Assembly (NCBI GenBank): GCA_040260805.1
Contig: JBDQPD010000110.1
Span: forward strand, 1-11,752
DNA from: Myxococcota bacterium
Lineage (GTDB): Bacteria; Myxococcota; UBA4151
Direction: 5' to 3'
Length of the DNA stretch: 11,752 bases
Below are positions 7,555-11,752 of the stretch, in pieces. Within the stretch, counting starts at the first letter, position 1, and each line of letters opens with the position of its first letter. The position numbers and the translations under genes are program-made. Under the pieces are notes generated by a model. It saw nothing but the letters and a program-made list of their open reading frames with translations, was not told where the DNA came from and did not search any database.

Positions 7555-8570
7555 GGGCGTACCTCAGCGAATTGCACGCCGGGTTCAGAGGTGATGCAGC
7601 CGACGACCGAGCCACCTGATCGCTTGGCGACCGCTTCGGCTTGAGCGGGGTCGACGACAAGAATCATCCCTAGACCCATATTGAAGGTTCTTCTGAGCTC
7701 GGATTCTTCCACGCGGTTGAGGCTGCGAATCCAGCGGTACACCGCAGGCTCCTGCCAGCGGTCGAGCCAAAGCTCAGCGCCGAGGCCCTCGGGGAGCGCA
7801 CGAGGAAGGTTTTCTGTCAGGCCACCCCCGGTGATGTGGGCCGCTGCTTGGAACGCATCATCTTCGGCCAGGGTGTGCATCAAACGACTGTAAATAGCGG
7901 TCGGCTCAAGCAGCATCTCGACCACTCGCCGGCCTTCAAAGCGTCGCTGAGCATCGGGAGCGTCGTCAAACAAACGACGCGCCAACGAGTAGCCATTGGA
8001 ATGCAGCCCCGAGCTTGGGAGTCCGACCAAAAGCGCATCTTTGGTGACCCTTTGAGGTCCACGCAATACGCTGCGCTCGGCAGCGCCTACGGCAAATCCA
8101 GCGAGGTCATAGTCACCATCGCTGTAGAAGCCAGGCAGCTCCGCTGTCTCTCCACCGACCAGCGCACAACCCGCTAGATTGCAGGCGTCCGCAATCCCCC
8201 GAACGACCGTAGATGCCACCGCAACATCGAGCTTTCCTGTGGCGAAGTAGTCGAGAAAGAATAGGGGTTTGGCGCCTGTTACCGCGATGTCATTGACACA
8301 CATTGCGACCAGGTCTTGGCCGACTCGTTCATGGTGTCCATGATCGATGGCCAGACGCAGTTTCGTCCCTACGCCGTCGGTCCCGCTGACCAAGACAGGG
8401 TCCTCCCAGGATCCCGCTTCGCGCAGGCTGAATAAGGCACCGAAGCCACCGATGGCGTCCATGACGCCGGGCACCTTCGTCGAGCTGACATCGGATTTGA
8501 TAGCTTGCACCAGTTCATCGCCTCGGTCGATATCGACTCCAGCGTCGGCATAGGTCAGCGAACCGCTCAT
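7551..8570 (-). CDS. purM: Phosphoribosylformylglycinamidine cyclo-ligase (AIR synthetase)
   Basis: Motifs YADAGVDI, GGFGALF, SGTDGVGTKL, DLVAMCVND, GGETAE, SSGLHSNGYSL, HITGGG and RTFNMGLG. AAGGGGA RBS just upstream. Confidence 0.98.
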   Translation of the reverse strand: MSGSLTYADAGVDIDRGDELVQAIKSDVSSTKVPGVMDAIGGFGALFSLREAGSWEDPVLVSGTDGVGTKLRLAIDHGHHERVGQDLVAMCVNDIAVTGAKPLFFLDYFATGKLDVAVASTVVRGIADACNLAGCALVGGETAELPGFYSDGDYDLAGFAVGAAERSVLRGPQRVTKDALLVGLPSSGLHSNGYSLARRLFDDAPDAQRRFEGRRVVEMLLEPTAIYSRLMHTLAEDDAFQAAAHITGGGLTENLPRALPEGLGAELWLDRWQEPAVYRWIRSLNRVEESELRRTFNMGLGMILVVDPAQAEAVAKRSGGSVVGCITSEPGVQFAEVRP

Positions 8571-8688
8571 GGGCGTCCCCTTGTGGCACGTCGTTGTGCG
8601 TCGGATCGATAGTGCAAAGTGCGCAAAGATCCAATGAGCTTAAGCTCATACCTTACAATTGAAGTCAGACTCTTCTAGATGCGGATTG
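8571..8688. promoter_or_regulatory. Divergent promoter region between purM and the rightward genes
   Basis: Longest non-coding gap in the window, more AT-rich than its flanks and bordered by divergent starts. Contains a TACAAT -10-like hexamer (+, 8654-8659) with no convincing -35. Confidence 0.7.
8634..8649. repeat. Perfect 16-bp palindrome ATGAGCTTAAGCTCAT (candidate operator)
   Basis: Read directly: ATGAGCTT is the exact reverse complement of AAGCTCAT, with no spacer. The operator role is inferred. Confidence 0.75.
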
Positions 8689-9336
8689 ATGAGTATGCGC
8701 GGAACCAGCCTGATCCTTAATCTGCCGACCGACTTGGCGGAGCCGCTTCGCGGCGCGCTGGGGCAAGAGACCTGCGAGCATTTGGTGGTCGCGATTCAAG
8801 AGGATTTACTCGATCTGGCTGCGACGTGGCGTCGGGTAGGCCGTGAGCGTGAAGTGATCGTGCTCGTCGACCATGATGATGACGCTGCACTGCATCGAGT
8901 GGCGAGGCGCGGGCTCACGGCGGAGCGTGGCTCCGGCGAAAAAGACCACCTGCGCAAGCGGGCGATCAGAGCGTTAGGTCATCACCGTGTCGTCGCCGTG
9001 CTCGATCGTCCATCGCCCGACTATGCGCTCGCCGATGTCGACAGTTTACTGCGTCGTGCCCATGAAGGCTTCGCTGTGGTCGCCGACCTTGACGGTGACT
9101 GGATGGCGTTCGGTGTTTCAACCGAACATCGCACGGTTTTGGATGGAGGCGAGTCTCTCGATGCGTTTGTCGAGCAGGCTCTTTTACTCGATGTAGCGAT
9201 TCATCCATTGGTTCCCCGTGGTCGGATCGACTCTGAAGCTGCGCTGTCGGCATTGGACATGCGCATTCAGACTCGGCGCGCTCGCGCCCCACGAAGCCGT
9301 CGGTTTTTGCTCGCTCATGCGGGGCGACCTGGGTGA
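8689..9336 (+). CDS. Hypothetical protein resembling a degenerate DUF2064/TIGR04282 (CofC-like, GT-A fold) member
   Basis: ORF from the track (8659-9336); ATG 8689 or 8695 is a more plausible start than TTG 8659. Order and spacing of LRGALGQETCEHL..AIQEDLL, VAVLDRPSPDY, AVVADLDGDWMAFGV, GRIDSEAALSAL and APRSRRFL recall DUF2064 proteins. The family call is by eye only. Confidence 0.6.
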   Translation: MSMRGTSLILNLPTDLAEPLRGALGQETCEHLVVAIQEDLLDLAATWRRVGREREVIVLVDHDDDAALHRVARRGLTAERGSGEKDHLRKRAIRALGHHRVVAVLDRPSPDYALADVDSLLRRAHEGFAVVADLDGDWMAFGVSTEHRTVLDGGESLDAFVEQALLLDVAIHPLVPRGRIDSEAALSALDMRIQTRRARAPRSRRFLLAHAGRPG

Positions 9337-9341
9337 GATTC

Positions 9342-9370
9342 TTGACCCGAGAGTATCGCGGGCTCAAACT
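9342..9370 (+). promoter_or_regulatory. Possible sigma-70-type promoter for the cyclase gene
   Basis: TTGACC (9342-9347), a 17-nt spacer and CAAACT (9365-9370), about 30 nt upstream of the proposed start. The -10 is imperfect. Confidence 0.35.
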
Positions 9371-9399
9371 CGCACGTCATTGGACCCGAGGGACTTAGA

Positions 9400-11752
9400 T
9401 TGCGGCTTCGCTGGATTCAAATGTTGATCGCTGGAACGGTCATCTTAGCCTTCTGCAGTGTGCACTTTCTTAAAGAGGTGCGCCGCTGGGAGGGTAACTT
9501 TGTCCACGGGCTAGAGCTCAAATACCTCGATCACAAGTTCCAGACGCGCGGCCCCGTGCCGGTCAACGCCAAGGTGGTGATCGCCGCCGTCGATGAAAAG
9601 TCGATTGCTCGATTCGGTGTCTGGGGTTCGTGGGATCGAACGGTCTTTGCGGAGATGATCACCAATTTGGTTGAAGCTGGCGCCGCAGTGGTCGCCTTCG
9701 ATGCCATCTTCGCCGACCAAAGCCGAGCTGATCATCGCCGCGCCGCCAAGCGCTTGCGCGAGTCTTTGTATACGCTGGGCTTAGCGAGCGAGGGAGCCGA
9801 GGGCGAGGGGGCGAGTCAAAGCTCTCCCGTTGAGACGTGGCTGGATTCGAATACGGAGGACCCGGGCGCGCCTGCGGTGCGTGCCGCGCTGTCGAATATT
9901 CGCGATCAGATGAAGAACGATAAGTCGTTTTGGAGCGATCCTGACCAGAGCCTGCAAGAAGCCTTTGATGAGCACTCTGATCGAGTCGTTCAAGGCTATG
10001 TGGCGATGTTCAAAGAGGACGCCGACACTTTTTATAAGGCTCAGTTGGCGGTGCCGCAGTGGCTGACCGACAACGAATACATCGATGCGGTCTATCAAGA
10101 AGAGCCTGCGGCTGCCGGTGAGAAGCGTAAGGCGGTGGCGATTGAGCCTCCCGCTGAAGCGCTGATGCGCATGCCTTTCCCCCGGGCCAAAGGCGGGTTA
10201 ATCTCTCCGCTTGAGCGCTTCACCGAGCCTGGCGAATTCTTTGGCTACTTCTCGATCGCACCGGACGATGACGGAACACTTCGTCATATGCACTTGATGG
10301 CGCGCCTTGGCACCACCGTGATGCCAAGTTTGGCTTTACAGTGCGCATCGATCTATTTCGGCGCTTCGATTTTGCCACTCGCTAACGAGCTGTATCCCAA
10401 CGCGCTCGGTGGTGTCCGGTTCATGGTCGAAGAGGGCGGAGGCGGTAAGGACCCAGTGATCCCAACCGATCAGATGGGTCGGATGATCATCAATTATCTC
10501 GGACCTCCGGGCGAGGTTTTCCCGCGCCTGAGCGTCGCCGATATTGTCGATGCGATGCCTCCTGCTAAGGCGCTCGAAGCGATGCAAAAAGGCGAGATTT
10601 CAGCTCAGGACATGCAGCAGCGGGTCGAAAACTGGAACCGGGTGAAGCGCAAGGTCAAAGACAGGGTGGTTTTGTTCGGTACCACCGCAATCGGTACCTA
10701 CGATCAACGGATCACCCCGTATTCAGACTTTGGACCGGGTGTAGAGGTTCACGCAGCCGCAGTTCAAAATATCGTCAGCCGCGAGTTCTTACAACGCCCC
10801 TGGTTCATGGCGACCGCCGAAGTCTTCGGTATGCTGCTCCTCGGGTTTCTGCTCGCCATCATCATCTCGAACGTGAGCGTGCCGATGAGTATCGCTGCCC
10901 TCTTTATGATCGTTGGGTTTTGGTACGTTGGTGATATTCAGGTTCTGTTTCCGAGCGGTTATTGGACGTACGGGATCTTACCCTTTCTGTGTTTCTTCAC
11001 GGTCTGGGCTGCGCTGCTGGTGTATGGCTACCTGACAGAGGGTCGGGAGCGAGCGAAAACGCGTAAGGTTCTAGAAGGCTATGTCAGCCCGTCGGTAGCC
11101 CAACAGGTCATGGAAAACTCGGCGCTGCTGAATCTTGGCGGTGAGGAGAAAGACCTCACGGTCATCTTCAGTGATATTCGTGGCTTTACGACCATGTCCG
11201 AGCAGTTTGACGCAGGCGAGTTGACCAACTTCCTCAATGAATACTTTACGCCGATGACGGCGATTATTTTCCAGCACGGTGGGACGCTCGATAAGTACAT
11301 GGGTGATGCGATCATGGCTTTCTTCGGCGCCCCAGGTGAGATGGAAGACCACGCCGATAAGGGGATGATCGCTGCCCTTGAAATGGTCGATTGCCTTCAC
11401 GCTCTGAACGAGCGCTGGTGGGCGCGTGGCTTGCCGGGAATTGACATCGGTATTGGCTTGAACTCTGGCTCGATGCGGGTCGGAAATATGGGTTCGACCC
11501 AGCGCATGGATTATACCGTGCTGGGCGATAACGTGAACCTTGGCTCGAGGCTCGAGGGAATCAATAAGCAGTACGGGACTCGAGTGATCGTCTCGGAAGA
11601 GACGGTGAACCGGAGCTCGGGCGCAGTCTTCTTCAGGGAACTCGACGCCGTGCGGGTCAAAGGAAAGCTGGCGCCTGTTCGTATCTTTGAGGTGGTTGGC
11701 CAGGGCGAACCCGACGAAGAGACGGCGGCATGGATTGATGCTTATCAGGCAG
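9400..11752 (+). CDS. CHASE2-domain membrane class III adenylate cyclase; 3' end runs off the window
   Basis: Translated by hand; open to the window edge. Start is TTG 9400 (GAGGGA RBS at 9388-9393) or ATG 9421. N-terminal TM segment, then CHASE2 motifs (LELKYLDHKFQTRG, VVIAAVDEKS, VVAFDAIFAD, PDDDGTLR, PSLAL, PGVEVHA), three TM segments (about 10810-11035) and a cyclase domain (FSDIRGFT, DKYMGDAIMAFFGAP, GIGLNSG, GNMGS, DYTVLGDNVNLGSRLEG, VKGK). Lys in DKY and Thr in YTV fit an ATP-specific class IIIb enzyme. Confidence 0.96.
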   Translation, partial: MRLRWIQMLIAGTVILAFCSVHFLKEVRRWEGNFVHGLELKYLDHKFQTRGPVPVNAKVVIAAVDEKSIARFGVWGSWDRTVFAEMITNLVEAGAAVVAFDAIFADQSRADHRRAAKRLRESLYTLGLASEGAEGEGASQSSPVETWLDSNTEDPGAPAVRAALSNIRDQMKNDKSFWSDPDQSLQEAFDEHSDRVVQGYVAMFKEDADTFYKAQLAVPQWLTDNEYIDAVYQEEPAAAGEKRKAVAIEPPAEALMRMPFPRAKGGLISPLERFTEPGEFFGYFSIAPDDDGTLRHMHLMARLGTTVMPSLALQCASIYFGASILPLANELYPNALGGVRFMVEEGGGGKDPVIPTDQMGRMIINYLGPPGEVFPRLSVADIVDAMPPAKALEAMQKGEISAQDMQQRVENWNRVKRKVKDRVVLFGTTAIGTYDQRITPYSDFGPGVEVHAAAVQNIVSREFLQRPWFMATAEVFGMLLLGFLLAIIISNVSVPMSIAALFMIVGFWYVGDIQVLFPSGYWTYGILPFLCFFTVWAALLVYGYLTEGRERAKTRKVLEGYVSPSVAQQVMENSALLNLGGEEKDLTVIFSDIRGFTTMSEQFDAGELTNFLNEYFTPMTAIIFQHGGTLDKYMGDAIMAFFGAPGEMEDHADKGMIAALEMVDCLHALNERWWARGLPGIDIGIGLNSGSMRVGNMGSTQRMDYTVLGDNVNLGSRLEGINKQYGTRVIVSEETVNRSSGAVFFRELDAVRVKGKLAPVRIFEVVGQGEPDEETAAWIDAYQA

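Noticed and set aside
8584..8599. TGGCACG...TTGTGC resembling a sigma-54 -24/-12 promoter on the + strand
   Set aside because: GG (8585-8586) and GC (8598-8599) are 11 nt apart. Sigma-54 promoters need exactly 10, and the required position reads TG.
8631..8652. Palindrome as a CRP site, tempting because of the nearby cyclase
   Set aside because: The spacing is TGA-N8-TCA with no TGTGA half-sites, which does not fit TGTGA-N6-TCACA.
8571..8688. Purine or ZTP riboswitch upstream of purM
   Set aside because: The region is short and shared with a divergent gene, and I see no recognisable aptamer motifs or terminator. An Rfam cmscan would be decisive.
9511..11400. Short minus-strand ORFs over the right end
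   Set aside because: They are antisense to the continuous CHASE2 cyclase frame, which the track also omitted.
11161..11752. Cyclase as part of an anti-phage system such as Pycsar
   Set aside because: It has an ordinary CHASE2-transmembrane receptor architecture with adenine-specifying residues, and no effector gene is visible in the window.
1..11752. tRNA, rRNA, CRISPR arrays, IS elements or prophage genes
   Set aside because: The window is almost fully protein-coding, with no repeat-spacer arrays, transposase or integrase motifs, or room for structural RNA genes.

Overview
Bacterial chromosomal DNA of roughly 60% GC (estimated by eye). The gene content suggests Myxococcota or a related deltaproteobacterium; this is inference only. 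Two divergent transcription units meet at a short intergenic region (8571-8688). The leftward (-) unit is a tightly packed nine-gene run: purM, purN, moaD, moaE, an RlmD/TrmA-family RNA m5U methyltransferase, 6-phosphofructokinase, a membrane Ser/Thr kinase, a TPR-like envelope protein and an FHA-GAF-AAA+ sigma-54 activator. The activator runs off the left edge and is missing from the ORF track. The rightward (+) unit has a degenerate DUF2064-like protein and a CHASE2 class III adenylate cyclase, which runs off the right edge and is also missing from the track. I see no RNA genes, mobile elements or CRISPR arrays. The most notable points are: (1) the activator switches in frame to an FGE-sulfatase (SUMF1) motif in bases 1-61, either a chimera or an unusual fusion; (2) the pfk-kinase adjacency resembles Myxococcus xanthus pfk-pkn4 but extends to a sigma-54 activator; (3) the activator's FHA domain lacks the canonical phosphothreonine-binding residues; (4) a perfect 16-bp palindrome lies in the divergent promoter region. 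Sequence alone does not establish a wholly new system here.
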